DNA of 64,000 nucleotides, from NCBI GenBank assembly GCA_001916005.1, contig MNRP01000056.1, positions 182-64,181 of the forward strand. The letters run 5' to 3'. Positions 1-9,078 of this stretch are shown here, in pieces; within the stretch, counting starts at the first letter, position 1; every line of letters starts with the position of its first letter. The DNA comes from Clostridium sp. 26_22 (lineage in GTDB: Bacteria > Bacillota > Clostridia > TANB77 > CAG-508). The notes under the pieces were generated by a model that ran no database searches, was not told the DNA's origin, and saw nothing but the letters and a program-made list of their open reading frames with translations. A program made the position numbers and the translations under genes.

Positions 1-55
1 TGTACTATCTATTCCATTTTTGCATATATTATAAATAATAATAGGAGGTATTTTT

Positions 56-1903
56 ATGTGTGGATTTGTTGGCATTGCTGACTTTAAAAATAATATTTCT
101 AATAAAAAAGAGATTTTATTAAATATGAATTCTACTCTTTCTAAAAGAGGACCAGATGAAGATGGTTTTTACATAAATTCTCATATTGCTCTAGCTCATA
201 AGAGACTTATTGTAATTGACCCTGATGGAGGAAAACAACCTATGATTGAAAAATTTTCTTATGGAGAATATGTTATCGTTTATAATGGCCAAATTTATAA
301 TACAAAAGAATTAAAAGAAACTTTGACTCTTAATGGTTTTGATTTTAAAGGCCATTGTGATACAGAAATTTTATTAAAATCTTATATCTATTATGGAAAT
401 GATGTAGTTAAACATTTGAACGGCATTTTTGCTTTTGCAATTTGGAATAGTCGTACTAAAGAATTATTTTTAGCTCGTGATCATTTTGGAGTAAAGCCTT
501 TATTTTACACTATTAATAATAATGCATTAATTTTTGCATCTGAAATAAAAGCTTTGTTTAAATACCCCGGAGTTGGAAAAGTTTTAGACAATCAAGGAAT
601 TTGTGAATTATTTGGAATTGGACCGGCTCATACACCTGGTACAACTATCTTCAAAAACATCTGTGAAATAAAACCTGCCCATTTTGCAGTTTATAATTCT
701 TCCGGTCTGCATATTGAAAGATATTGGAAATTACATTCAAAAAAACATACAGATAGTTTTGGCACAACTTGTTCTAAAGTTGAATACTTATTGCATGATG
801 CTATTACTAGACAACTTGTTTCAGATGTTCCTTTATGTACATTTCTTTCTGGTGGTTTAGATTCTAGTATTATCACAAAATTTGCAGCTGATTATTGTCA
901 AAAAGAAGGATTACCACCTTTAGATACGTATTCGATTGATTATGTAGATAATGATAAAAACTTTGTTAAAAGCGATTTTCAGCCTAATTCTGATAATTAT
1001 TATATTAATTTGATGAACAAAAACTTGCATACAAATCATCATCAAATTGTAATCGATACTCCAGAACTTGCTGAATATCTTGAAGATGCTATGATTGCAC
1101 GTGATATGCCTGGTATGGCCGATATTGACTCTTCTCTACTCTTGTTTTGCAAAAATGTAAAAATGGAAATGACTGTTTCTTTAACTGGTGAATGTGCTGA
1201 TGAGATTTTTGGAGGCTATCCTTGGTTTTTCCGTGAAGATGCTTTGAATAGTGGAACTTTCCCTTGGTCTATTGCTATTGATGAAAGGCAAAAGCTTTTA
1301 AATCCTGAAATTGGTAAACAAGTCAATTTGAAAAATTATATTGATTATAGATATAATGAAAGTTTGGCTGAAGTTGAAATTTTAGATACAGATTCAAAAG
1401 AAACTGCTGAGAAAAGAAAGATTTCGTATTTGACTTTAAATTGGTTTATGCAGACTCTTCTTGATAGGTCTGATAGAATGGCTATGTATAATGGTTTAGA
1501 ACTTCGTGTTCCTTTCTGTGATTACCGTTTAGCTCAATATGTTTGGAATATTCCTTGGGAGATTAAGGCTTTGAAAGGTCGTGAAAAAGGATTACTTAGA
1601 TATATTTGTAAAGATTTTCTTCCTTCTGAAATTGTTGATAGAAAAAAATCTCCTTACCCTAAGACTCATAATCCTACTTATTTGGCTAAGGTTAAGGGTA
1701 TGCTTAGTGAAATTATGAAAGATAAAGATGCTCCTATTAATAGTTTGCTTAATCGTGAGTGTATTTTAGATATTTTAGCTTCTGATGGTTCGGCTTTTTC
1801 TAGACCTTGGTTTGGGCAGTTGATGACTGGCCCTCAACTTATGGCTTATTTGTGCCAGGTTAATATGTGGCTTGAGAGGTATCAGCCTAAAATTGAGATT
1901 TAA
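56..1903 (+). CDS. asnB: asparagine synthase (glutamine-hydrolysing)
   Basis: 615-aa ORF. Starts MCGF (Cys2 Ntn-amidotransferase nucleophile) and has the SGGLDSS PP-loop. AGGAGG RBS upstream of the ATG. Confidence 0.9.
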   Translation: MCGFVGIADFKNNISNKKEILLNMNSTLSKRGPDEDGFYINSHIALAHKRLIVIDPDGGKQPMIEKFSYGEYVIVYNGQIYNTKELKETLTLNGFDFKGHCDTEILLKSYIYYGNDVVKHLNGIFAFAIWNSRTKELFLARDHFGVKPLFYTINNNALIFASEIKALFKYPGVGKVLDNQGICELFGIGPAHTPGTTIFKNICEIKPAHFAVYNSSGLHIERYWKLHSKKHTDSFGTTCSKVEYLLHDAITRQLVSDVPLCTFLSGGLDSSIITKFAADYCQKEGLPPLDTYSIDYVDNDKNFVKSDFQPNSDNYYINLMNKNLHTNHHQIVIDTPELAEYLEDAMIARDMPGMADIDSSLLLFCKNVKMEMTVSLTGECADEIFGGYPWFFREDALNSGTFPWSIAIDERQKLLNPEIGKQVNLKNYIDYRYNESLAEVEILDTDSKETAEKRKISYLTLNWFMQTLLDRSDRMAMYNGLELRVPFCDYRLAQYVWNIPWEIKALKGREKGLLRYICKDFLPSEIVDRKKSPYPKTHNPTYLAKVKGMLSEIMKDKDAPINSLLNRECILDILASDGSAFSRPWFGQLMTGPQLMAYLCQVNMWLERYQPKIEI

Positions 1904-1978
1904 GTTTAAAATAGAGGTCCTATTTTGAACTATGCTTTTGGGGGTATAGTTCATTTAGGTTCCTCATCTTTTTATTTA

Positions 1979-2197
1979 TTAAAATATTTCTTTATTTTCT
2001 AATTTTAGGTTTCTTAACAATACAGATTTTTTTAAAATAGTCTGAATATTATCCTTATTTAATTCTTTTAGTTTTGATGTCATATATATATCATCTATTT
2101 CGCTTTCTCTAATTTTTTTGAATCCTTGCTTTTCTAATTTTCTTATAGCGCTTTGCATATTTTCATTTAATCTTACTGTTATTTCAATTTGTTTCAT
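1979..2197 (-). pseudogene. short ORF resembling the N-terminal third of a CYTH/CyaB-like domain; probably a truncated relic
   Basis: 72 aa only (MKQIEITVRL...). The beta-alpha pattern resembles CYTH N-termini and no continuation exists in any frame downstream. Confidence 0.3.
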
Positions 2198-2219
2198 AAT
2201 ATACTCCTTATTAAAATGA

Positions 2220-3242
2220 TTATTTGTTGTTTAACTTCTTTGTTTCAATTACTAACTCATCAAAATCTGAAATATAATTTTGGTCTTGTATAACTCTATA
2301 TTTCTTGTACTCGTCTAATGCCAACTTATCCGCTATTTCTCTTTTTATTTTTCCATTATCTTTTAAAATATTATATTCATTTATTTTTAAGAATACTTCT
2401 AATTTTTCTTTCCATTCTTTCATTGAAATAATTTTTCCTAGTTTCACTTGTCTTTCTGCATAATCAAGGTACATTGATACCAAATTATTTAGTTCCGCAA
2501 TTTCTTCTTGTGATAGGTAATTTTTTGCTATTGTTACATCTGTTTCAAGTATTTTTCCATCTGGTGCATTTTTCCAAGTTGTTAGTCCCATATTCTCTTT
2601 TTTACTATCCACCCTATTATAAATTATTTCAGGAGCTGTCATTCCAGTAATTGCAAAATGTAACTTATTTTGAACATTTTTATAAAATTCCTGTGTTGTT
2701 TCGCTAGTTTTATCATAATCAAAACTGCATTCTTTATATATATCTGTTATTTTTTGATAAAATCTTCTTTCGCTTGCTCTAATTTCTTTTATTTTTACTA
2801 ATAATTCATCAAAGTAATCTTTTCCAAATTTAGGACCATTTTTTAGCATTTCACTATTAACAACAAAGCCTTTTTTTATATATTCTTTTAATGCTTTTGT
2901 TGCCCATATTCTAAAATCTGTTGCTTCTTTTGAATTCACTCTATATCCTACAGCTATAATTGCGTCAAGACTATAAAATGTTACTTCTCTTGAAACTTTT
3001 CTATTTCCTTCATTTTGAACTACTCTAATTTTTTGAGTAGTTCGATTTTCATTTAATTCCCCTGTTTTAAAAATGTTTTGTAAATGATATGTAATATTAT
3101 TTTCTGCTACATTAAATAATTTAGACATTGACTTTTGAGTTAACCAGAAATCTTCTTCATTATATAAAACTTCTACTGATATATTTTCATTATTTTGGCT
3201 TTGGTAAATAATTAAATCCTTTAAATTCTCTATATTATTCAA
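2220..3242 (-). CDS. rhuM: RhuM family virulence/accessory protein
   Basis: 340 aa. Recognised family pattern (WLTQKSMSKLF, YSLDAIIAVGYRVNS, ASERRFYQKITDIY). TTG start. Confidence 0.8.
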   Translation of the reverse strand: MNNIENLKDLIIYQSQNNENISVEVLYNEEDFWLTQKSMSKLFNVAENNITYHLQNIFKTGELNENRTTQKIRVVQNEGNRKVSREVTFYSLDAIIAVGYRVNSKEATDFRIWATKALKEYIKKGFVVNSEMLKNGPKFGKDYFDELLVKIKEIRASERRFYQKITDIYKECSFDYDKTSETTQEFYKNVQNKLHFAITGMTAPEIIYNRVDSKKENMGLTTWKNAPDGKILETDVTIAKNYLSQEEIAELNNLVSMYLDYAERQVKLGKIISMKEWKEKLEVFLKINEYNILKDNGKIKREIADKLALDEYKKYRVIQDQNYISDFDELVIETKKLNNK

Positions 3243-3399
3243 CTTTAATCACAACCTTTATTTTAATATCTAAACTTTTGTTTGTATTTTATATTATATT
3301 GTAAAACTTGTCAATAGATTGTAATATATTTTCTTATTTAATTTAAGACCTTTTTTATTATCAAATTTTACAAAAATAAATTTAATATCAATTTAGCAT

Positions 3400-3440
3400 T
3401 CATTTCGCAAAAAGTAAATATTTTTATTTTTGCGAAATGA
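3400..3440. repeat. perfect 14-bp-arm inverted repeat (TCATTTCGCAAAAA / TTTTTGCGAAATGA)
   Basis: Read directly. Lies between the upstream terminator and the rhuM promoter region. Confidence 0.6.
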
Positions 3441-3516
3441 GTATTGTTATTATATCCATTTATTTTTATTATATTTTTTATATACTTTACTTCTTTTAAG
3501 TTTTTCTTACAATTAA

Positions 3517-3561
3517 CAAAAAACATATACCAAATCTTATTGATTCAATATATGTTTTTTA
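3517..3561 (-). terminator. bidirectional intrinsic terminator after the 3580-4157 gene
   Basis: A6-ACATATA...TATATGT-T5 hairpin about 20 nt downstream of the stop codon. Confidence 0.6.
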
Positions 3562-3579
3562 TAAGTTTACTTTTCTATG

Positions 3580-4157
3580 CTATTTTCCTCCTGTACAATC
3601 TCCACCCTGAAATGGTCGATAAGCGTTATTTTTTTCATAATTAGTGTACTTACTTGTGTTTATTCCCATTCTTCTAATTTCACGTTTGTATTGTCTATAA
3701 GCCATCTCATCTTCCCTTGAATCAACAGATGAAGACCAATTTTCAGGAATAAAAAAGTCTGGTTGCAGAACAATACTACCATGGTACCTTTTGGAACTAA
3801 TTCCAAGTTTTACTTCATTACATTCATTTGGCTTTTTTAATCTATCATCCAATTTGTATCTTCCCTTTAATTCTATATAAAGGTGTCCTCCTGATTTGCA
3901 ATAATCTGTATCTTCAAACCGAATATATAAATCAAATTTGCTATTTTGAACTTTCAGTATCTTCTTGGTTATGCTCCGCTTTGGAATTACAATTTTTACT
4001 TTGTAATTTGGACCATTGTAAAAAACAATTACTTTGATATCACCCTCTGTTGAAACACCACATTCATCATTTTTGGAACAATCTTCTAATTGCAAAATTT
4101 CTTTTTGGGTTTTAGTTTGTTTTTTTGAGTTTTCTGACCGTTTCTTTTTTTAGACAT
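3580..4157 (-). CDS. hypothetical basic protein (about 192 aa if a 1-nt frameshift near 4095-4100 is corrected)
   Basis: ATG at 4157 has a GGAGG RBS and reads MSKKRNGQKTQKNKLKPKKKFCN then stops. The 171-aa ORF continues in another frame from 4095. No family recognised. Confidence 0.5.
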
Positions 4158-4241
4158 TGCTACCTCCTTAAAGTCATTTGGAGGTTTGAAACCTCCAAGT
4201 TATTTGTTTTACTTTTTGGTTTCTAAAATAATTTACTTATA
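4158..4241 (-). promoter_or_regulatory. conserved 5' leader, copy 1 (four-segment SD/anti-SD switch-like element)
   Basis: Near-identical to 21275-21350. Contains hairpin UUGGAGG-UUUCAAA-CCUCCAA (4178-4198) and upstream GAAACCAAAAAG (4212-4223). Confidence 0.55.
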
Positions 4242-4242
4242 G

Positions 4243-4271
4243 AGCATATCATAATTTTATGTAAATTGCAA
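4243..4271 (-). promoter_or_regulatory. putative sigma-A promoter TTGCAA-17-TATGCT
   Basis: Hexamers read on the minus strand, with TG at the extended -10 position. Confidence 0.4.
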
Positions 4272-4333
4272 ACATTTTTCAAATATCTTAATTTATAATA
4301 TTTTAATTTATATACTTTAAATAATTTTATTTG

Positions 4334-6067
4334 CTATTTATTTTTATCTTTAAAGAATTTATTAAATAATCCTTTTGAATTTTTATTCTTTTGAGAAGTA
4401 CCTTCTTTTTTATTTAGTAATGGCTTCTCATGTTTTATTTTTTCTTCTACTTTTTTACTATCTTCATCGTCATACTCATTATCATCATCAATGTATTTTT
4501 CTTCGTCATCTTCCGTTTCTTCTTCATCATCTTCGTCATAATCAAAATCATATATATCTTCATAATCTTCGTCTAAATCATCATCAATTTCGTCATTTTC
4601 ATCTTTATCGTTTTCTTCTTCCATGTCGTCATCACCATCATAATCATAGTCTTCTTCGTCGTCATATTCGTCATAGGTGTCTTCCTCTTCGTCATCTTCT
4701 TCATATTCCTCATCATCATCATCATCGAAATATTCTTCTTCATCATCTTCTAACTCATCTTCATCTTCTTCTGGGAAATCATATGAAAGTAAATCTTCAT
4801 CGCTTTCATTAGTATCTTCGCTTGAATTATAATTTGCTTGTTCTTCTGGTTCTTCTTCTATTTCATCTTCAAGTTCTTCTAATTGATACTCTGATAAATC
4901 CTTTCCAAATTTTGTTGTTATTTCATCTTGGAAGACTTCATATATATTTTTGATTCCATCAATTCTCCAATAATTTGAATTAATTATTGTTCCTGCTTTT
5001 AATTTTATGTTGTTAATTGCTTCTTCAAAATTTTTCTCTTTCTCTTCGATATTTTTCAAATATTCTTTATTGTATAGTTCATTATAAGCTTTTTTTGTTG
5101 ATTTTCCAGCAATTTCTCTTAATACTAATTGATATAAATTTCCAAATTGTTCTATATCTAATTCGAATTTTTCACAAGCTTCTGTCATCATTACTTTATG
5201 TGCTTTTAAGCCATTTATTGCTGTCATTCTTTCATTATCTAAGAAACTAACAATATATTCTTTTTCTGCTTTTAAAAACTCTAGCTTTACTGAAACATCT
5301 CTTAGTGTTTTTTGGTATTTATCTAATTTAATATCTTCATTTTCAATTTCATTTAGTAATCTTTTTGTTTTATCATACACTAAAATATATGATTCCGCTT
5401 CTTTTTGTGCTATTTTTGTTCTTGCATTTACTGATTTTTCTACTACGTCTTCATTGAATTTTACTTTTTCATCTTTACCATTGCTTATCATTATTTCTGC
5501 AATCTCTTTTTTTATGTCATCTAATGTTTCTGCTGATGCAAATTGCTTTAATTCTTTTATTTTGTTAACATCTATTTCTTGTAATTCTTTTTTTAATTCT
5601 TCAATCAACTGAATATGAGTGCCTTCTTCTATTCTTCTTGCTTTTGAACATTTATTTCTTTCTTTTTGTCTTTCATTAAATTCATTTAAATTTTCTGTAA
5701 ATCCATTTTTTAATTCTTCCAAACGTTCATTATTACTTAAAATTGTTTGTCCTATTTTTTCTAACTTTTTTTCTAGAAGGGCTGGATCTTCATCTAAGTC
5801 ATCAAACAATTTATTTCTATCTTCTTCAAGTTTTATGTTTGATTTATATAGTTTTTTTTGTTCTTGTTGTATATTTCTAATTTCATTTGCTATTTGGTCA
5901 AACTGTTCTATTTGTTTTTCTTCTTCTTCAATTATTTCTTGATATTTGCATGTTTCTTCTATTATGTTTTTATAACTATTATATAAATTCTTTAAATTGT
6001 TTTTTTCATTAAATCCAAATATTTTGTTGAAATATTTTTCTAATACTATTGCACTTCTTTCATACAT
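4334..6067 (-). CDS. hypothetical coiled-coil protein with an extremely acidic D/E/Y-rich C-terminal tail
   Basis: 577-aa ORF with RBS GAGGAGG. Heptad-like E/K-rich N-terminal 400 aa, then about 150 aa that are almost entirely D/E/Y, then a basic end. Confidence 0.7.
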   Translation of the reverse strand: MYERSAIVLEKYFNKIFGFNEKNNLKNLYNSYKNIIEETCKYQEIIEEEEKQIEQFDQIANEIRNIQQEQKKLYKSNIKLEEDRNKLFDDLDEDPALLEKKLEKIGQTILSNNERLEELKNGFTENLNEFNERQKERNKCSKARRIEEGTHIQLIEELKKELQEIDVNKIKELKQFASAETLDDIKKEIAEIMISNGKDEKVKFNEDVVEKSVNARTKIAQKEAESYILVYDKTKRLLNEIENEDIKLDKYQKTLRDVSVKLEFLKAEKEYIVSFLDNERMTAINGLKAHKVMMTEACEKFELDIEQFGNLYQLVLREIAGKSTKKAYNELYNKEYLKNIEEKEKNFEEAINNIKLKAGTIINSNYWRIDGIKNIYEVFQDEITTKFGKDLSEYQLEELEDEIEEEPEEQANYNSSEDTNESDEDLLSYDFPEEDEDELEDDEEEYFDDDDDEEYEEDDEEEDTYDEYDDEEDYDYDGDDDMEEENDKDENDEIDDDLDEDYEDIYDFDYDEDDEEETEDDEEKYIDDDNEYDDEDSKKVEEKIKHEKPLLNKKEGTSQKNKNSKGLFNKFFKDKNK

Positions 6068-6278
6068 TTCCTAGTCCTCCTCTTATTTTATATTGATATT
6101 TTATCACTTATGGTGTCAAATATCAATAACAATAGGAAAAAAGAATGAATTAAGAGTCTTGTTTAGTATATGTAAGTGTTACACAGTTGACAGGAATGGT
6201 ATCTCCTGTTGACAAATAAACTTTAAGCATATCACCTTTTACATTTGTCACTAAGAAATTATATACCTCATTATTTTA

Positions 6279-6316
6279 TAAAAAAATTCCTATGCTGAAA
6301 TTTTCATTATAGGAAC
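6279..6316 (-). terminator. intrinsic terminator after cysE
   Basis: UUCCUAU...AUAGGAA hairpin followed by U7 on the minus strand. Confidence 0.6.
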
Positions 6317-6319
6317 TTT

Positions 6320-6850
6320 TTATTTTTTCACAATTCTTTCCGGAACACCAACCACTGTTACATTATTTGGTATATCATGTAAAACAACAGCATTTGCCCC
6401 AATCTTAACATTATTACCTATCTTTATTGGTCCTAATACCTTTGCTCCAGAACCTACCATCACATTATTGCCTATGTCTGGATGCCTTTTGTATTTATCT
6501 TTGCCTGTACCTCCTAATGTACTATTATGATATATTGTACAATCATCTCCTATTGTAGCAGTTTCTCCTATTACTACTCCCATACCATGATCTATTAACA
6601 ATCTTTTTCCAATTTTCGCTCCTGGATGAATTTCAATTCCAGTTAAGTGTCTTGCTATTTGTGAAATTAATCTTGCTATAAAATAAAGTCTCTTTGTATA
6701 GAAAAAATGTGCTATTCTATGGAAAAATATCGCGTGAAATCCTGGGTAAAGAATTATTGCTTCTAATACATTTCTACAAGCAGGGTCTTTTTCTTTTATA
6801 TTTTTAGCATCTTCATATAATTGTTTTAAACAATTTTTCATGAGCATCAC
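6320..6850 (-). CDS. cysE: serine O-acetyltransferase
   Basis: 176 aa. Left-handed beta-helix hexapeptide repeats ([38 protein letters not shown]) and a SATase N-terminal helix region. Confidence 0.85.
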   Translation of the reverse strand: MMLMKNCLKQLYEDAKNIKEKDPACRNVLEAIILYPGFHAIFFHRIAHFFYTKRLYFIARLISQIARHLTGIEIHPGAKIGKRLLIDHGMGVVIGETATIGDDCTIYHNSTLGGTGKDKYKRHPDIGNNVMVGSGAKVLGPIKIGNNVKIGANAVVLHDIPNNVTVVGVPERIVKK

Positions 6851-6887
6851 CTATTTTATTATATGCTTTATTTTATATTATTGTTTT

Positions 6888-7655
6888 TTATTTTCCCAAA
6901 AACATTTGAACATAGACCTTACCATATTTTGAACTTTTTACAACTCCTATTCCGGTGTAGTTAAATGAACTGTTTAATATGTTTGCTTTATGTCCTGATG
7001 AATTCATCCAAGCTGTAACGGCTGAACTGTTGCTTGAATTTCCTGCTATGTTTTCTCCTGCTGTTTTATATGATATTTTAAAGCTGTTTAGCATTTGAAA
7101 TGGTGAACCATATGTTGGTGAATTATGTGAAAAATAGTTGTTGTCTACCATATCTTGTGCTTTTATTCTTGCTACTCTTAATGTTTCTGTATCTAATTTT
7201 AATGCTGATAATCCATTTTGGGTTCTTTGGTTATTTATTAAATCAAATACTTCTTTTTCATCAGTGGTCATTGCTGTAGTAGTGCTGTTTGAATTACTAC
7301 TGGAATTGTTATTTGAGCTATTGTTTGAATTACTAGAATTTGGGTATATTGCTTTTACGTATTTTTTATTAACTGCTCCAACGTAATCTCCTTCTACTTG
7401 TACTATATACCAATCTCCAACTCCTGCAAAAACTCGTATATATTCATTTTTCTTTACTGTTGCTACTATTCCATAGTTAGTTCCTGGACCGCTTCTTACA
7501 TTTAATGTAGTTGCTGTTACTAGTCCAGTCGAAAAATCTACTTTATAATAATGTTGCATACCAAAAGAACTTGTGAATATACAAATTATCATAGTAAATA
7601 ATAGTATTGCACTTGCCTTAAAAATTGTCTTTTTTCTTATCGAAATAATTTTCAT
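6888..7655 (-). CDS. secreted SH3b + CAP (SCP/PR1-like, YkwD-type) domain protein
   Basis: N-terminal TM/signal, SH3b motif (LNVRSGPGTNYGIV...GDWYIVQ), poly-N/S linker, CAP motifs (GENIA, SSGHKANIL). Confidence 0.75.
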   Translation of the reverse strand: MKIISIRKKTIFKASAILLFTMIICIFTSSFGMQHYYKVDFSTGLVTATTLNVRSGPGTNYGIVATVKKNEYIRVFAGVGDWYIVQVEGDYVGAVNKKYVKAIYPNSSNSNNSSNNNSSSNSNSTTTAMTTDEKEVFDLINNQRTQNGLSALKLDTETLRVARIKAQDMVDNNYFSHNSPTYGSPFQMLNSFKISYKTAGENIAGNSSNSSAVTAWMNSSGHKANILNSSFNYTGIGVVKSSKYGKVYVQMFLGK

Positions 7656-7808
7656 ACAAAATATCTCCTTCTATTTTATTTACTATTATTTATACGATAT
7701 TCTTGTCTAATATTACCATTTTCTTACATTTTCTATATGAACAAATCTTATTTTTGAGTAATTGTATTCAGCTTACATTATATGAGATTTAGGTATATTT
7801 GCTAATAT

Positions 7809-7834
7809 AAAAAATACTAGGTCTTTCCTAGTAT
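7809..7834 (-). terminator. intrinsic terminator overlapping the rusA stop codon
   Basis: AUACUAGG-aaaga-CCUAGUAU followed by U6. Confidence 0.6.
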
Positions 7835-8238
7835 TCTTCTATCTTTATTTGTAATTTTTCTTCTATTCCATAAATTTTTTCTACTTCTAATTTTGTTATT
7901 TGAGTATCATCTTTAAATGCAAATTTATTCATTGCATCTAAAACTATTTTTACTATATTATCTATATCAGGTTTTTTGGTTGGACTTATTATATTGTTCA
8001 ACATATTTTCTTTGTCACTCTTTTTTGTACTTTTAGGAACTTCAAAATATGCTGTAATAGTTACTTTTGCTCTTCCAACAATTTCTTTAAAACGTGGGTA
8101 TTTTAATAAAAAATATTGTTCTACTAAAGTTTCGTAGTCTTTTGTTTTTGTTGGTGTATATACTATTCCAGTATATGAATTTACCCTTGGTCTTCCTTTT
8201 CCTGTTATCTTGCCTGGTACTTCGAATTCGTATGTCAT
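7828..8238 (-). CDS. rusA: RusA family crossover junction endodeoxyribonuclease
   Basis: 136 aa. Motifs GKGRPR, TPTKTKDYE, KPDIDNIVKIVLDAMN, FKDDTQI. Confidence 0.8.
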   Translation of the reverse strand: MTYEFEVPGKITGKGRPRVNSYTGIVYTPTKTKDYETLVEQYFLLKYPRFKEIVGRAKVTITAYFEVPKSTKKSDKENMLNNIISPTKKPDIDNIVKIVLDAMNKFAFKDDTQITKLEVEKIYGIEEKLQIKIEEY

Positions 8239-8259
8239 TGTTTTCTCCTTTTTCTTGTG

Positions 8260-9066
8260 TTATTTTATAATTTGTTTCATTCTTCCATATACTAAATTGA
8301 CCCATGTACTTGAAGCTGGACAGAATTTTGTTTTTACTGCTGATAATGTTTTTCCATAGTAGAAAACTCCACCTTTGGTTAGATATTTATTATGTAATGT
8401 TTTTGCCGCTACTTCTAATCCTTCTTCGACAGAATTATATTTTATTAAATTTCCTTTTGACATTAAACTTATGTAATTATGTGTTCTACGATGGTTATCT
8501 GCTATGTTCCATCCAGATTCTGCTGATATTAGACCACAGAAAAATATTTCATTTAATTCATATTGTTGGCATAAGTCATATATTAATTCAGAATTATTAT
8601 AGAAGAATTTACTTGTGTCTTGCTTTACTCCTGATATTACTGTTTTAAAATCTTCTTTTGATAGATTTGTACTTACTGTTAAGTCCATATCTTTTGATAT
8701 TTTTACATCTTTTATTTGTGTATATGTTTTTTCTGGTTCAATATTTTCTGGTTCTTGATTTTGTTCTTGGTTAGTTGCCTCAATTTGTTCTGTTTGATTA
8801 TTTTCTGTTTGATTATTTTCTGTTTGTGTTTCTGTACTCTGTCTATCATTCATACTTTTTCTTGATGAAACCTCTTGAGTTTCTACTTTAGCTATTTCTA
8901 CTTCTTCATTAGTTTGTACTTCTTCTGTTTCATCTTGTTCAGCTCCTACACTTTCAATATATTTAGTCTGAGCTGCATTATATATAAAAAATATTGTACT
9001 AAATATTATTCCTATTGCTGTTATATACAATATTATGTTTATATTCATTTTTTCGTTGTTCTTCAT
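8260..9066 (-). CDS. membrane-anchored protein with C-terminal glucosaminidase-like (LytD/FlgJ-type) domain
   Basis: N-terminal TM, TENNQ repeat linker, C-terminal FFCGLISAESGW...YYGKTL pattern. Confidence 0.5.
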   Translation of the reverse strand: MKNNEKMNINIILYITAIGIIFSTIFFIYNAAQTKYIESVGAEQDETEEVQTNEEVEIAKVETQEVSSRKSMNDRQSTETQTENNQTENNQTEQIEATNQEQNQEPENIEPEKTYTQIKDVKISKDMDLTVSTNLSKEDFKTVISGVKQDTSKFFYNNSELIYDLCQQYELNEIFFCGLISAESGWNIADNHRRTHNYISLMSKGNLIKYNSVEEGLEVAAKTLHNKYLTKGGVFYYGKTLSAVKTKFCPASSTWVNLVYGRMKQIIK

Positions 9067-9078
9067 TTTTTCCTCACA

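Noticed and set aside
3444-3644. 66-aa hydrophobic plus-strand ORF in the rhuM upstream region
   Set aside because: It spans an inverted repeat and a bidirectional terminator and runs into the convergent gene. It has no RBS, and its F/I/L composition is what AT-rich non-coding DNA translates to.
4178-4198. The GGAGG/CCUCC palindrome, considered as a simple intrinsic terminator or a DNA operator
   Set aside because: It is not followed by a U-tract. It lies about +35 to +55 relative to the predicted TSS, immediately before the RBS. The flanking non-palindromic blocks are equally conserved in the second copy, which fits an RNA-level element better. An operator role is not fully excluded.
4375-4812. 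145-aa His/Leu-rich plus-strand ORF
   Set aside because: It is the mirror image of the GAA/GAT-rich acidic tail of the 577-aa gene. This is a low-complexity artefact.
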